From Oligoflexia bacterium (GTDB lineage: Bacteria; Bdellovibrionota; UBA1018; CAIPTA01), in assembly GCA_023954355.1 (NCBI GenBank), contig JAMLID010000005.1, forward strand, positions 38,092-102,091: 64,000 nt of DNA, written 5' to 3'. Below, one piece after another: positions 39,241 to 49,477 of the stretch; position 1 is the stretch's first letter; each line of letters opens with the position of its first letter. The translations under genes and the position numbers were made by a program. The notes under the pieces were generated by a model that ran no database searches, was not told the DNA's origin, and saw only the letters and a list, made by a program, of their open reading frames with translations.

Positions 39241-40194
39241 CTAATATAATTGAACGATATCTCCCTCTAAAAAGTTTCCCCCAGAGTGGAGCCTACCAAT
39301 CGATCCATCCTCACCAAAATATTGAGAAATTTCAATAGTACCTTTTAAATCGCCTGCGGTTCTTCCTAAAAAAAGTCCCGTTTCTGGATCAAAAATATCT
39401 TGCCCTTGGCTATTTACTTTCAAAATATCGCCTACATTTAAACCCGTCGCTCGTCCTGCGTTGATGTAAATTTTTGCTCCAGTAATTTTTGCTATTTTGC
39501 CTCTCCATTGAATACGGTCAATTTCTTTATTTAGAGAGGGCATTGCCTTTGATACGGCATCGTGAATTGCCATAGTTACTACATCATTACGATATTCTTC
39601 ATTGTCCTCACGATCGACCCCAAAAAGATTTAAACTAGATGACTCACTAAGACCTGTAGCCTCTCCCATGGCCACTTCTTTTGCCTGCTCAACATCAACC
39701 AATCTCAACTCAAGTGTTACTGAAGCCTTAGCAGCACTAGGACGTAATAATCCGACATCATCATCTTTTCTACGGAAAACAATTTTAGAAATTCTTCCAA
39801 GAATCACTAGAGATACACCCCACTTTTTTCCATTTTCAGAAACATGAGGAACATTAATTTTTTCTGAATCCAAATAAAAGTCTTGGCTTCTAAGCGCTAC
39901 ATCTCGCTCATCTACAATATTTAAACGATTTTGCTCTAGTAAAATTTCTCGCAATACATTTTTTGAATAAACTTCGAATCGTCCTTTAATAGGAGTGTCA
40001 TTCCAAAAAGGTAGAACCACAACTCTCTTTCTTAGAGGTGAAAATTTTTGAACAGCGCTTTCTATTCTTCTTTGTTCTGATGGTGATTGACTGTATACGC
40101 CACTCTCTTTCCGAAATCCGGTAGATCTTGTACAGCCACTTAGAACAACAACTAAAGTGATCAAAAGATAAATTAAACTATTTGATTTCATCAC
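39241..40194 (-). CDS. Hypothetical lipoprotein (LPP20/CsgG/LpoB-like features; function unknown).
   Basis: MMKSNSLIYLLITLVVVLSGC lipobox, with an AAGGTGGAG RBS. Weak resemblance to periplasmic LpoB/CsgG-fold lipoproteins. Confidence 0.55.
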   Translation of the reverse strand: MMKSNSLIYLLITLVVVLSGCTRSTGFRKESGVYSQSPSEQRRIESAVQKFSPLRKRVVVLPFWNDTPIKGRFEVYSKNVLREILLEQNRLNIVDERDVALRSQDFYLDSEKINVPHVSENGKKWGVSLVILGRISKIVFRRKDDDVGLLRPSAAKASVTLELRLVDVEQAKEVAMGEATGLSESSSLNLFGVDREDNEEYRNDVVTMAIHDAVSKAMPSLNKEIDRIQWRGKIAKITGAKIYINAGRATGLNVGDILKVNSQGQDIFDPETGLFLGRTAGDLKGTIEISQYFGEDGSIGRLHSGGNFLEGDIVQLY

Positions 40195-41368
40195 TTACTC
40201 CACCTTCTTGGATTTCTACTTTAGGCGTTTCAATTCTAACTGTTATTAATGGGCTTTTAATTTCGTAAGGATCATCAAGCATTTCTTCAATAGGCACTAC
40301 TACTAGTTCAGTCTTGGGAATCGATTGTAGTGCCTTAATAACTGCTTTATTATCCATGACAGGCTCTACTGCAAAATCAAATTTTCCTCGACGGATTCGA
40401 TAGTCTCGAACAGATTTAATATCTTTAACTGCAGAAAATAGCTCGCGAAACTTATTAAGTGCTAAAGGAGAATCTGGATTCTTTACACGTAAAACAAAAA
40501 ATGGGTCTGTACTAGAGGCATTAGCAACAACCTTACCCGCCTCTACAAAAGCAATTTGAAATAAAGAATCCACTTCATCTGGTAAAAGTTTTTTCATATC
40601 CGAAATATACTGGTCTCTTCTTGTTCTAGGCTCAGAAAAGTTAATAGTAGACTTAGTTAAAACCTGCCCATTAGAGACATCTATCATAGTCGCTGAAACA
40701 GCAATTTTCTGCTGTTTGCCTTTTTCTTCTTCCATATCAACTACAATATAGTCCATCGTGATACCCAGTGCGAGTCTAGCACCAGCTTTACTACCAATCG
40801 CCTTTAATACTTCTGTTGAAGCCAAATTTTCTTTCGATAAAATTTGAGAGTTTGAATTATCAATAAAGTCTACAGCGAATCCCCTTCTCTCTAATCTTTG
40901 CTCTGCCATCTTTCGAATGGGCTCAAAAAGCTCATTAAGGGATTTTTCTTTGTCTTGAGAAGTTTGAATATTTGATAAGTCCAAGGGACGCAATAAAATA
41001 ACTGCTTTACTATTTTCTTTCTCACCCATCGCTTCTGGGCTAAGTGCTAGTAAGTGCTTTACAATTTCTAAATCTAGTTCAGCTTGTACGGCAACCGTCG
41101 AAGATTTTTTTGATTCTAAAACTTTATAAGACTGAACAAAAGAAGATGCTTTAGGTAAAATTTCTTCGGCTAAAAATTCTTTAAGATTTTTATCTTTCTT
41201 GTTAGTGAAATTTTTTACCACACCCTGTCGCAGAGCCGCCGAAACAGCTTCACTAGTATCTTTGCCATAACCTATTACTGATGTAGAAGCTTCAACTTTA
41301 GTTAAAGACAAAAAAAGACCTAAGGCTAATAGCCCTAAAAAAAACCGTTTATTGAAATCCAAGAACAT
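40178..41368 (-). CDS. Hypothetical secreted protein, about 396 aa, with repeated LPP20/LpoB-like modules.
   Basis: Signal peptide MFLDFNKRFFLGLLALGLFLSLTKVEA. It overlaps the dnaE stop and the downstream lipoprotein start. Confidence 0.5.
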   Translation of the reverse strand: MFLDFNKRFFLGLLALGLFLSLTKVEASTSVIGYGKDTSEAVSAALRQGVVKNFTNKKDKNLKEFLAEEILPKASSFVQSYKVLESKKSSTVAVQAELDLEIVKHLLALSPEAMGEKENSKAVILLRPLDLSNIQTSQDKEKSLNELFEPIRKMAEQRLERRGFAVDFIDNSNSQILSKENLASTEVLKAIGSKAGARLALGITMDYIVVDMEEEKGKQQKIAVSATMIDVSNGQVLTKSTINFSEPRTRRDQYISDMKKLLPDEVDSLFQIAFVEAGKVVANASSTDPFFVLRVKNPDSPLALNKFRELFSAVKDIKSVRDYRIRRGKFDFAVEPVMDNKAVIKALQSIPKTELVVVPIEEMLDDPYEIKSPLITVRIETPKVEIQEGGVSDEIK

Positions 41369-44300
41369 CACTTCCGAAGATCTCCTTAACCTCTTGGATA
41401 AAACCATAGTCTGCTGAAAATTTTAAATCATCTGGAAACTGAAAGCGAGCGCGAACACCACTATCTGACACATATTCTATAACTCCTTTACACGCCCCTT
41501 TATTACGTACACACAGCGCTTTTAAGTCTTCTAATTGTTTTTTCGATGTTTTTTCTGGATTCAAACGAAAAACCACAGATTTTACACTTTGAATTTTTTC
41601 ACGAGAAGCCAACTCTAGAGGTTCAACTTGAATCGCCAAAATTTTGGCACCTCCATCACTCCCCTCAATATCTCCTTGTACAACTACTACGTTGCCAACA
41701 AATAAATAATCCTTACACTTCTCATAAGCGCGAGGAAAACACACAACCTCAATTTTACCACTTAAATCTTCTAAGGTGACAAAAGCCATACGATCACCTT
41801 TTTTTGTCATAATTTCTTTTGACGCTGAAATCATGCCACCTATTCTGGGCGCATTTGCCTGCTGTGCTTTTCTTGCCTTCCAATCCTTTGCTTGGTCTGG
41901 TTTTTTCTCAAACTTACCTTCAGCAGAAAGTTCGAAAATACGAGAAATCGTATAGCTAGCACACTCACGCAGTAGTGAAGTATATGGATCTAGAGGATGT
42001 CCACTAACATAAAAACCTAAAAGTTCTCTTTCCGATTCTAACCTTTCCATTTGGTTCCACTCTTGTTGAAAAGAAATCGCCGGTTCTGCAGAAAGTAAAT
42101 TTGGTCCATCGCTATCAGCAAATGATGCTGCAAATAGATTGGCTTGACCTAAGCTTTCAGTTTCTGCTTCTTTAATGGCCCAAGCACCAATCATCTCCAT
42201 AGCCTTAAATAAACCGTGTCGAGTAACTTGAGAGTTGTCAGCATATACAGAATCAAAAGCACCAGCTTTAATTAAAGCTTCTATCGTTTTCTTATTAACT
42301 TTTTTGCCAACCATTCTCTTGCAGAATTCTGGGAATGAACGAAATACACCTTTTTCTTTTCTCTCTTGTACAATTTCATCTACAGCAGCAGCACCACAAC
42401 CTTTAATAGCCTCTAGACCAAAGCGTATCGTTTTTGTTCCATTTGCTTCTACTACGTTAAACTCACCAACAGACTGATTGATATCTGGACCTAATACCTG
42501 AATTTGATGGTCCTTAGCATCACCAATATATTTAGCCAAGCGATCAGTATCAGACATTTCTGTAGTTAGTAGTGCTGCGTAGAACTCTGCTGGATAGTGC
42601 GCCTTTAAATACGCTGTTTGAAAAGAAACATAAGCATAAGCGGTCGCATGAGATTTATTAAAGCCGTATCCAGCAAATTTTTCGATTAAGTCAAAAATCT
42701 CTGTTGCTTTGTCTGAAGGAATTCCATTTTTCTCTGCTCTCTCGACAAAGCCCTTTTTCATCTTTGCCATTTCTTCGGGTTTTTTCTTTCCCATCGCTCT
42801 ACGCAACAAATCAGCTTCACCAAGAGAATAACCAGCCAGAACTCGTGCAGCTCGCATCACCTGCTCTTGGTAGATAATTACACCTAAAGACTCTCTTAAT
42901 ACTTCTTCTAGCTGAGGAACTGGATATTCAATCGTAACTCGACCGTGTTTTCTTTCAACGAAGTCATCAACCATTCCACTCTCTAAGGGCCCAGGTCGAT
43001 AAAGTGCGTTGATCCAAGTTAGCTCTTCAAGGTTCGATGGTCCTAGCTTTTTACATAGCTCTGACATCCCAGAACTCTCTACCTGAAACACTCCGTTCGT
43101 ATCCCCTTTTGCAATCAGTGCATAGGCTTCAGCGTCGTATACCCCAATATCTTCAATACGAAATACAGGCTCTTCTTTTTTTCTAAATCCATTTATAAGA
43201 TCAACAGCACGTTGAATATGAGTGAGAGTTTTTAAGCCTAGAAAGTCAAATTTAACTAGTCCAACTTTTTCCCCAGCATCTTTATCATATTGAATGACTA
43301 CGGCTCCGTCTTCATCCATCATAAGCGGAGCATAATTCGTTAGTGGTTTATCTGTGATAATTACACCACCAGCGTGCTTACCAAATGAACGAGTAAGCCC
43401 TTCTAGTTTTAATGCATGATTAAAAAGTTTGTCTACTGTGGGATTTTCATCTCGCATTTCATTGAAGCGAGGTTCTTTTTCTAAAGCCTCTCTCAAAGAG
43501 ATTCCTAGTTGTTCAGGAACAAGTTTGGCAATTTGATCAACTTCTCCATAGGGCATACCTAAAACACGCCCTACGTCTCGAATACATTGCTTTGTTTGTA
43601 ATCTACCGAAGGTAATAATTTGAGAAACTTGATCACGCCCGTATTTATCTTTTACGTAATCAATCACCTCACCTCGTTTATCCATACAGAAGTCGACATC
43701 AAAGTCAGGCATACTTATTCGTTCTGGATTGATAAATCTTTCAAAAAGCAAATTGTAAGGAATTGGATCGATATCGATAATCTGTAAAGCCCAAGCCACT
43801 AACGATCCAGCTCCTGATCCTCGCCCTGGACCCACAGGTATACCTTGTTTTTTAGCCCATTTAATAAAATCAGAAACGATTAAAAAATATCCAGAGAAGC
43901 CAGTTGCTTGAATCATTTTCACTTCATCTTGTAAACGATCTCTGTATTTTAATTCTAAGTGCTTCCAATCTTCAGACTGCTTTGTTGGTAAAAAACTTGG
44001 CTGATTAAAGCGCCATTCAAGCCCACGCTCTGATTCAAGAGCAAGATAATCTTCAGCTGTCTTTACGCTCTCTTCTTTAGGAATTTCAAATTTAGGTAAG
44101 TGATATATAGGCCTGCCTTTTTCATCAACGAACTTAAATTCTACAGAACACTGCTCAGCTATAAGATTGGTATTTTCTAGTGCCTCAGGGCAAAAAGCAA
44201 ATTGCTCTTTCATTGTCTCTGGGTCTTTAAACCAAAACTCTGTACATAGTGATCTTTTGTTTTCGTCAGAAACAGTTCGTCCCAACTGAGTTAGAACAAA

Positions 44301-44978
44301 AATCTCATGCGACATTGCATCTTCTTTTTCTAAATAGTGTACATCGGATGTTGCAACGGGACGAATGTTCATGGCCTTACCTTGAGCCATAAGCCATTCA
44401 TTTAATCGTTCTTGTTCAGCTAGATTATTTTCCTGAAGCTCTAAAAAAAGATTATCTTTAAAACAAGACTGTAACCACTCTAGCTCTTTTTGAGCTAAAT
44501 CTTCTCGCCCTTGCAAAAGATGATATCCCGTTTCTCCTTTAAGGCCACCCGTTAAGCAAATTAAATCACTAGAAGAATCTTGCACCCAAGATTTATCAAT
44601 CAAAGGCCTGTTCGAACTACGCCCCTCTAAATATGAGCGCGAAACTAATGATACTAAATTTTGAAATCCAGCTTTATTTTTCGCTAGCAATACTAACCTT
44701 GAGTAGGGAAAGCGATGGTTTTCATACCCTTCACTAACTTTAAGATAAAAGTCACAACCAAAAATCGGTTTTACACCCGCTTTTTTCGCATTATTAAAAA
44801 AATCTATAGCACCACAGAGATTGCCATGATCAGTCATAGCAAGTGCGCTCATTCCATACTCCAAGCATTTACTAAATACATTGGGCACTGCTTTTTTTGG
44901 ATTATCATTATAATCGATACGAACTGTACTCTCTAAAGCAGAATACGATGTATGAACATGTAGATGAGTAAAAGACAT
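41349..44978 (-). CDS. dnaE: DNA polymerase III alpha subunit.
   Basis: MSFTHLHVHTSYS PHP domain, polymerase core, OB fold. 1209 aa. Confidence 0.95.
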   Translation of the reverse strand: MSFTHLHVHTSYSALESTVRIDYNDNPKKAVPNVFSKCLEYGMSALAMTDHGNLCGAIDFFNNAKKAGVKPIFGCDFYLKVSEGYENHRFPYSRLVLLAKNKAGFQNLVSLVSRSYLEGRSSNRPLIDKSWVQDSSSDLICLTGGLKGETGYHLLQGREDLAQKELEWLQSCFKDNLFLELQENNLAEQERLNEWLMAQGKAMNIRPVATSDVHYLEKEDAMSHEIFVLTQLGRTVSDENKRSLCTEFWFKDPETMKEQFAFCPEALENTNLIAEQCSVEFKFVDEKGRPIYHLPKFEIPKEESVKTAEDYLALESERGLEWRFNQPSFLPTKQSEDWKHLELKYRDRLQDEVKMIQATGFSGYFLIVSDFIKWAKKQGIPVGPGRGSGAGSLVAWALQIIDIDPIPYNLLFERFINPERISMPDFDVDFCMDKRGEVIDYVKDKYGRDQVSQIITFGRLQTKQCIRDVGRVLGMPYGEVDQIAKLVPEQLGISLREALEKEPRFNEMRDENPTVDKLFNHALKLEGLTRSFGKHAGGVIITDKPLTNYAPLMMDEDGAVVIQYDKDAGEKVGLVKFDFLGLKTLTHIQRAVDLINGFRKKEEPVFRIEDIGVYDAEAYALIAKGDTNGVFQVESSGMSELCKKLGPSNLEELTWINALYRPGPLESGMVDDFVERKHGRVTIEYPVPQLEEVLRESLGVIIYQEQVMRAARVLAGYSLGEADLLRRAMGKKKPEEMAKMKKGFVERAEKNGIPSDKATEIFDLIEKFAGYGFNKSHATAYAYVSFQTAYLKAHYPAEFYAALLTTEMSDTDRLAKYIGDAKDHQIQVLGPDINQSVGEFNVVEANGTKTIRFGLEAIKGCGAAAVDEIVQERKEKGVFRSFPEFCKRMVGKKVNKKTIEALIKAGAFDSVYADNSQVTRHGLFKAMEMIGAWAIKEAETESLGQANLFAASFADSDGPNLLSAEPAISFQQEWNQMERLESERELLGFYVSGHPLDPYTSLLRECASYTISRIFELSAEGKFEKKPDQAKDWKARKAQQANAPRIGGMISASKEIMTKKGDRMAFVTLEDLSGKIEVVCFPRAYEKCKDYLFVGNVVVVQGDIEGSDGGAKILAIQVEPLELASREKIQSVKSVVFRLNPEKTSKKQLEDLKALCVRNKGACKGVIEYVSDSGVRARFQFPDDLKFSADYGFIQEVKEIFGSDVLGFQ

Positions 44979-44985
44979 TGCCTAC

Positions 44986-46548
44986 TTACTCCCACTCAAT
45001 TGTAGCCGGTGGTTTAGTAGAAATATCGTAAACTACTCGATTTACGCCTCTGACTTCGTTTACGATTCGGTTAGAAATTTTCGCTAATACCTCATGCGGA
45101 AACCGAAACCAATCCGCCGTCATACCATCTTGACTAACAACTGCCCGTAGTGCCACAGGATATTCATAGGTTCTTCCATCACCCATAACTCCCACCGTAG
45201 AGATTGGAATTAGAATCGTTCCGGCCTGCCAAATTTGATCGTATAGTTTTGCTGCGCGAATTTCTGAAATATAAATAGAATCTGCCTCGCGAAGTATATC
45301 TAACTTTTCTTTTGTTACCTCTCCCAAACAACGAACAGCTAATCCAGGGCCAGGAAAAGGATGCCTACCTAAAATCTCAGAAGATACGCCTAATTCTTTG
45401 CCTAATTTTCTAACCTCATCCTTAAATAGTTCGCGTAAGGGCTCAATTAAAGAAAGCTTCATATTTTCTGGTAATCCACCAACATTATGATGGCTTTTAA
45501 TTGTTGCACTAAAACCACCACGGCCAGGAGGAGGCATAGATTCGATCACATCCGGATAAAGAGTTCCCTGCACTAACCAATCTAAGGTTTTTTCTCCTAC
45601 TTCCTTTGCCAAGCGTTTTTCTTCTCTTTGAAAAATCTCAATAAATGTCTTACCAATTGCCTTTCGCTTCTGTTCTGGATCTGTAAGGCCAGATAAAGCA
45701 GTTAAAAAGTCTTTTTGTGCATCGATTAGAGACACCTTAAGCCCTGAGTTTTCAAAACTCTTCATCACCTCTTGAGATTCATTTTTTCTCTGTAATCCGC
45801 TATCTATATATAAACAATGCAATCTACCAGGAATTGCTTTTTCAACTAAAGTTGCGGCGACTGTTGAGTCAACCCCCCCAGATAAAGCACAAATTGCATG
45901 CGCTGTTGTGCCTACTTGCTTTTGGATTTCAGAAATTTTTTCTTGTGCAAAGTTTTTTAGGTTCCATTCTTTTTTTGGATTACAAATTTCAATAAAAGCA
46001 TTTAATAACTTAGCACCTTCTTCTGTATGAGAGACTTCGGGATGAAACTGAAGAGCATAAATATTCTTCGAACGGTTTTCCATAGAAGCTAAAGATCCAC
46101 TTTCACTTTTAGCAACAATCTTAAAACCATCAGGTAACTGATCAACTTCATCACCGTGACTCATCCAAGTATTTAATGGAGATTTTTTTACCTGGGCAAA
46201 GAGCGGGCTTGAACTTTCTAGAATTTGAATCGGAGTAAGACCATATTCTCGGACTTTCGCGGGGCTCACTTTGCCACCAAGATTTTGAGCAAGCCACTGC
46301 ATTCCATAACAAACACCCAATAGTGGTACGCCTAAATTTAAAACAGCACGATCACATTGAGGTGCTTGAGAATCAAAAACCGAATGAGGGCCACCCGATA
46401 AAATAATTCCTTTAGGGTTATGAGCTTTAATCTCATGAAAGGGAGCATTTGCAGGGAGAATTTCGGTATACACCCCCACCTCACGCACACGTCTTGCGAT
46501 TAACTGAGTAAACTGACTGCCAAAGTCTAAAATTATGATTCGATCCAC
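44986..46548 (-). CDS. guaA: GMP synthase (glutamine-hydrolysing).
   Basis: GATase (ILDFGSQFTQLIARRVRE..GVCYGMQ) and ATP-PPase (SGGVDSTV), with the C-terminal dimerisation domain ending ..IEWE. Confidence 0.95.
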   Translation of the reverse strand: MDRIIILDFGSQFTQLIARRVREVGVYTEILPANAPFHEIKAHNPKGIILSGGPHSVFDSQAPQCDRAVLNLGVPLLGVCYGMQWLAQNLGGKVSPAKVREYGLTPIQILESSSPLFAQVKKSPLNTWMSHGDEVDQLPDGFKIVAKSESGSLASMENRSKNIYALQFHPEVSHTEEGAKLLNAFIEICNPKKEWNLKNFAQEKISEIQKQVGTTAHAICALSGGVDSTVAATLVEKAIPGRLHCLYIDSGLQRKNESQEVMKSFENSGLKVSLIDAQKDFLTALSGLTDPEQKRKAIGKTFIEIFQREEKRLAKEVGEKTLDWLVQGTLYPDVIESMPPPGRGGFSATIKSHHNVGGLPENMKLSLIEPLRELFKDEVRKLGKELGVSSEILGRHPFPGPGLAVRCLGEVTKEKLDILREADSIYISEIRAAKLYDQIWQAGTILIPISTVGVMGDGRTYEYPVALRAVVSQDGMTADWFRFPHEVLAKISNRIVNEVRGVNRVVYDISTKPPATIEWE

Positions 46549-46762
46549 TGCAGATTATTACCATAAGCTCGTAAGAAAAAACCAAATATCTCGCGAAGAG
46601 CAGAGCATTAAATTTCTTTCAAAATCCCTAAATATCCTAGTTTTAGTTAACTATAATTTTTAGCAAAATGGATGTTCCGCTTGGCTGTCGAGATATCTGA
46701 CGTTTTTAAATTCACTCCAAATCTCATAAAATTAATTTAATATAATCAAATACTTACAATTA

Positions 46763-46791
46763 TTAACTGATTAAAATAGTATTGTATTTAA
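46763..46791 (+). promoter_or_regulatory. Candidate promoter (TTGTAT, 17-nt spacer, TATAAA) in an AT-rich 268-bp intergenic region.
   Basis: ttgtat ttaaggtctttacatgc tataaa, immediately before the ATG at 46817. The spacing to the start is very short, so confidence is low. Confidence 0.25.
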
Positions 46792-46816
46792 GGTCTTTAC
46801 ATGCTATAAAAGAACC

Positions 46817-47578
46817 ATGCGAACTCAACCCGAATTAGCGAAAATTTTGCTGTCTGAGTTAAAAATAAGAAGACAAAAGAATACTTCTTATTCTTTGCGT
46901 GCATTTGCTGCCTGGTTAGAACTTTCTCCATCCTCACTTTCAGAAATTATCGCGGGTAAGAGACAAGTTTCACCAAAGATGGCAAGAAAGCTTTCAGAGC
47001 GCTTGAAGCTTCCTTCCGAAAAGACTCATAAAATTATCAAGTCTATAGGTAAACGCTCTTGGTTACCTAAAAAATCTAACCAAAGTTATATTCAGCTTAA
47101 GAAAGACCAGTTTGAACTGATTACCTCTTGGGTACATTTTGCCATTTTATCTCTATTGAAGGTCGATTCTCCTGAAAAATCTATAAAGTGGATGAGTGAA
47201 AAGCTTTCTATTTCTGAAACACTTGCCCGAGAAGCAACTCAACGCTTAATAAGATTGCATTTAATCGCCGAAACCAGGCCTAATTATTTTGAGCGCACAT
47301 CAAATCCCATAAGCTCATCAGATGGCACTTTAGACTTGGCAATCCAAAAATCTCATCAAGAGACTTGCGATATCGCGCGAGACTCAGTCACTTCATTTCC
47401 TGTAGATGAAAGAGATTTCACTAGTATTACAATGGCGATTGATCCTAAAAAAATTCCAGAAGCTAAACAAATGATCAGAGCTTTTCGTGATCGTCTGTCC
47501 AGTGTTTTAGAAGACGGCGAAGTCAAAGATGTATATCGACTAAGTATCCAGCTTTTTCCACTGAGAGGAAAAAAATAA
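46817..47578 (+). CDS. HTH-domain protein of the TIGR02147/DUF4423-like family (putative regulator).
   Basis: N-terminal SLRAFAAWLELSPSSLSEIIAGKRQVSPKMARKLSERLKL is HTH-like. The family assignment is from memory of paralogous families in Fibrobacter/Bdellovibrio. Confidence 0.45.
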   Translation: MRTQPELAKILLSELKIRRQKNTSYSLRAFAAWLELSPSSLSEIIAGKRQVSPKMARKLSERLKLPSEKTHKIIKSIGKRSWLPKKSNQSYIQLKKDQFELITSWVHFAILSLLKVDSPEKSIKWMSEKLSISETLAREATQRLIRLHLIAETRPNYFERTSNPISSSDGTLDLAIQKSHQETCDIARDSVTSFPVDERDFTSITMAIDPKKIPEAKQMIRAFRDRLSSVLEDGEVKDVYRLSIQLFPLRGKK

Positions 47579-47579
47579 A

Positions 47580-48467
47580 ATGAAAATAATAGCGCTGACC
47601 ATAACTATTTTATTAACTCCTATCATCGTCCTAGCTGGCGATGTAGTAGGTAACGGAGGGCACGTAATCTCTTGTCTTGGCCAAGCGCCAATTACACTTG
47701 ACTATCACGAGCGAGAATATTTCAGCCCTGGATCACTAAATCACTTAGATGGAATGAGTCAGGATGAAGTTTTTCAATTTGCGCTCGCTAGATTAGGAAA
47801 TTCAGACTTCGCTTCGAAGCTTGAAAAAACCTGGTATGAAATAGGCGACACCAGCAAATGGATTCTAGTGCCACAACTTGAGTACATCACCGATCATGGT
47901 CTTTTTGTAAAGGTACCTAATGGCTGTAGTATAGTTCAAGCGGTTATTCGAGAAGGGCAAACCATCTATTTTAATAGCGATATAGCCTCGAAAATATCTA
48001 GTACCCAATTAGGTGTTTTAGCCTTACATGAGGTTATATATAAGCTTTCTAAAGAAAGTAAGGCAGCAGTAACATCAATGAAAGCAAGAGCTGCTGTTGC
48101 GACCTTATTATCGAAACGAATGCAACCAGACGATCATATTCAAATGATTGGCTATGAATTTAATTCTTTTGAGAGTCTTAAACTAGGAACTTTTTCAAGC
48201 ACTCAAAAAAATAAAAACACTAAGCTCGAGATTAATTTGATTTCAAAAAATTTAAAAAGAAAAGAGCTAACTTTTAGTATCGACAATAAAATAAAAGCGC
48301 TGATTAAAAATTCAACTAACTTAAGAAAGAATGAGATTTCATTTCATTGCAATGAAAAAAGTATTTGCTACCCAATAGGTGAAAGTAACTTAAAAGCTAT
48401 TAAACTCCATGGAGCAAATGAGTTTGATTTATTAATTGGGAAAAAAGAAATAAATTTTATTCAATAA
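47580..48467 (+). CDS. Hypothetical secreted protein, 295 aa.
   Basis: Signal peptide MKIIALTITILLTPIIVLAG. It starts 2 bp after the upstream gene. Confidence 0.55.
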   Translation: MKIIALTITILLTPIIVLAGDVVGNGGHVISCLGQAPITLDYHEREYFSPGSLNHLDGMSQDEVFQFALARLGNSDFASKLEKTWYEIGDTSKWILVPQLEYITDHGLFVKVPNGCSIVQAVIREGQTIYFNSDIASKISSTQLGVLALHEVIYKLSKESKAAVTSMKARAAVATLLSKRMQPDDHIQMIGYEFNSFESLKLGTFSSTQKNKNTKLEINLISKNLKRKELTFSIDNKIKALIKNSTNLRKNEISFHCNEKSICYPIGESNLKAIKLHGANEFDLLIGKKEINFIQ

Positions 48468-48471
48468 ATAA

Positions 48472-48512
48472 ACACCTAAGTACAAGCGGATGAGATTTGT
48501 GCACTTAGGTGT
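48472..48512. terminator. Hairpin with a 10-bp stem (ACACCTAAGT...ACTTAGGTGT) between convergent genes. Possible bidirectional terminator.
   Basis: Read from the sequence. The loop is 21 nt. The T-run is weak. Confidence 0.4.
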
Positions 48513-48534
48513 CTATTTAGTAGTTCATTTATAA

Positions 48535-48867
48535 TTATCTTACAAACTTACCACCGCGACATACATATCTAACCCATTGAGCAGCATCATTTTGGCCTGG
48601 CTCTAATACGTTGATCACTTCCCCTTCATTGCAAACAACTGTTTGTGTGGCACTAGAAGGTACATATCTACCGTTTGTACATGTGTATTCTACTCTTACA
48701 GAGCTGTCGTTATATGTAGGCTCGATAACAGTAATTTTGTGGCCTTCTTTACAAGCAACTGTACCGCTTTGATTTGGGATTGGGTTAACGTTCAACCCTG
48801 GCTCAGCTTCTGATGCAAATGCCTGCATAGATGAAATAAAAAGGGCTGCAATAAGTAATAGTTTCAT
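48535..48867 (-). CDS. Small secreted Cys-containing protein with an internal ~35-aa duplication.
   Basis: Signal peptide MKLLLIAALFISSMQAFA. Repeats VACKEGHKITVIEPTYNDSSVRVEYTCTNGRYV and VVCNEGEVINVLEPGQNDAAQWVRYVCRGGKFV. Confidence 0.6.
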   Translation of the reverse strand: MKLLLIAALFISSMQAFASEAEPGLNVNPIPNQSGTVACKEGHKITVIEPTYNDSSVRVEYTCTNGRYVPSSATQTVVCNEGEVINVLEPGQNDAAQWVRYVCRGGKFVR

Positions 48868-49057
48868 TTTAACTCCTTAGTTAAATAGCGTCTCATATAC
48901 TAACGCTTCTCGTTTGTGTTGCGCTGTTTAATAATAAAATAAAAGCATCTACGCAAGACTGCTGGTAGCTACTCGACTTGAAACTGTTCCATTAATATTT
49001 TGGAACACGAAAAAAATAATTTTTTTTAATTTTTAAAACCTCAAAGATACAAAAATT

Positions 49058-49477
49058 CTACAAAGCATCTCTAACACTACCCTCTTCGATCAAACCTTGC
49101 TCTGTATTGGTAAAATCAATCACCAAGCCATTTTGATAAGGAATGCTATATTTTAAATCGTCTTCTGTAGAAAACTCTTTATCCGGGCCAGCACTCACCC
49201 AGGAATATGCTTTCGAATAGGGTAAATCAATCACTTGAATTTGATACTCTGTTCCCCAGGCATCTACGAAACGATTTTTACTACCGAGAATATCGTAGAA
49301 TTCTTTTAATGTGGGTGGTTTTTTTCCTTCAAAAAGCTGCAAAGTTAAAAGAGAGAGTCTTTTTAATTGTAATTTTGTTTGTGCCTTGCCTGCATTTTTA
49401 TAAACAGAATGACCGATTAAAGTCATCTCGGCCCCTAAACACAAAAGGACCAATACTAAAAATACATAGCGTAGCAT
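49058..49477 (-). CDS. T2SS GspG-like pseudopilin-domain protein with a Sec-type leader in place of a prepilin leader.
   Basis: DAWGTEYQIQV..SAGPDKEFSTEDDLKYS resembles the GspG C-terminal core (DPWGNPY...S.GADG...DDI). The N-terminus MLRYVFLVLVLLCLGA is signal-peptide-like and has no G-FTLIE motif. Confidence 0.45.
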   Translation of the reverse strand: MLRYVFLVLVLLCLGAEMTLIGHSVYKNAGKAQTKLQLKRLSLLTLQLFEGKKPPTLKEFYDILGSKNRFVDAWGTEYQIQVIDLPYSKAYSWVSAGPDKEFSTEDDLKYSIPYQNGLVIDFTNTEQGLIEEGSVRDAL

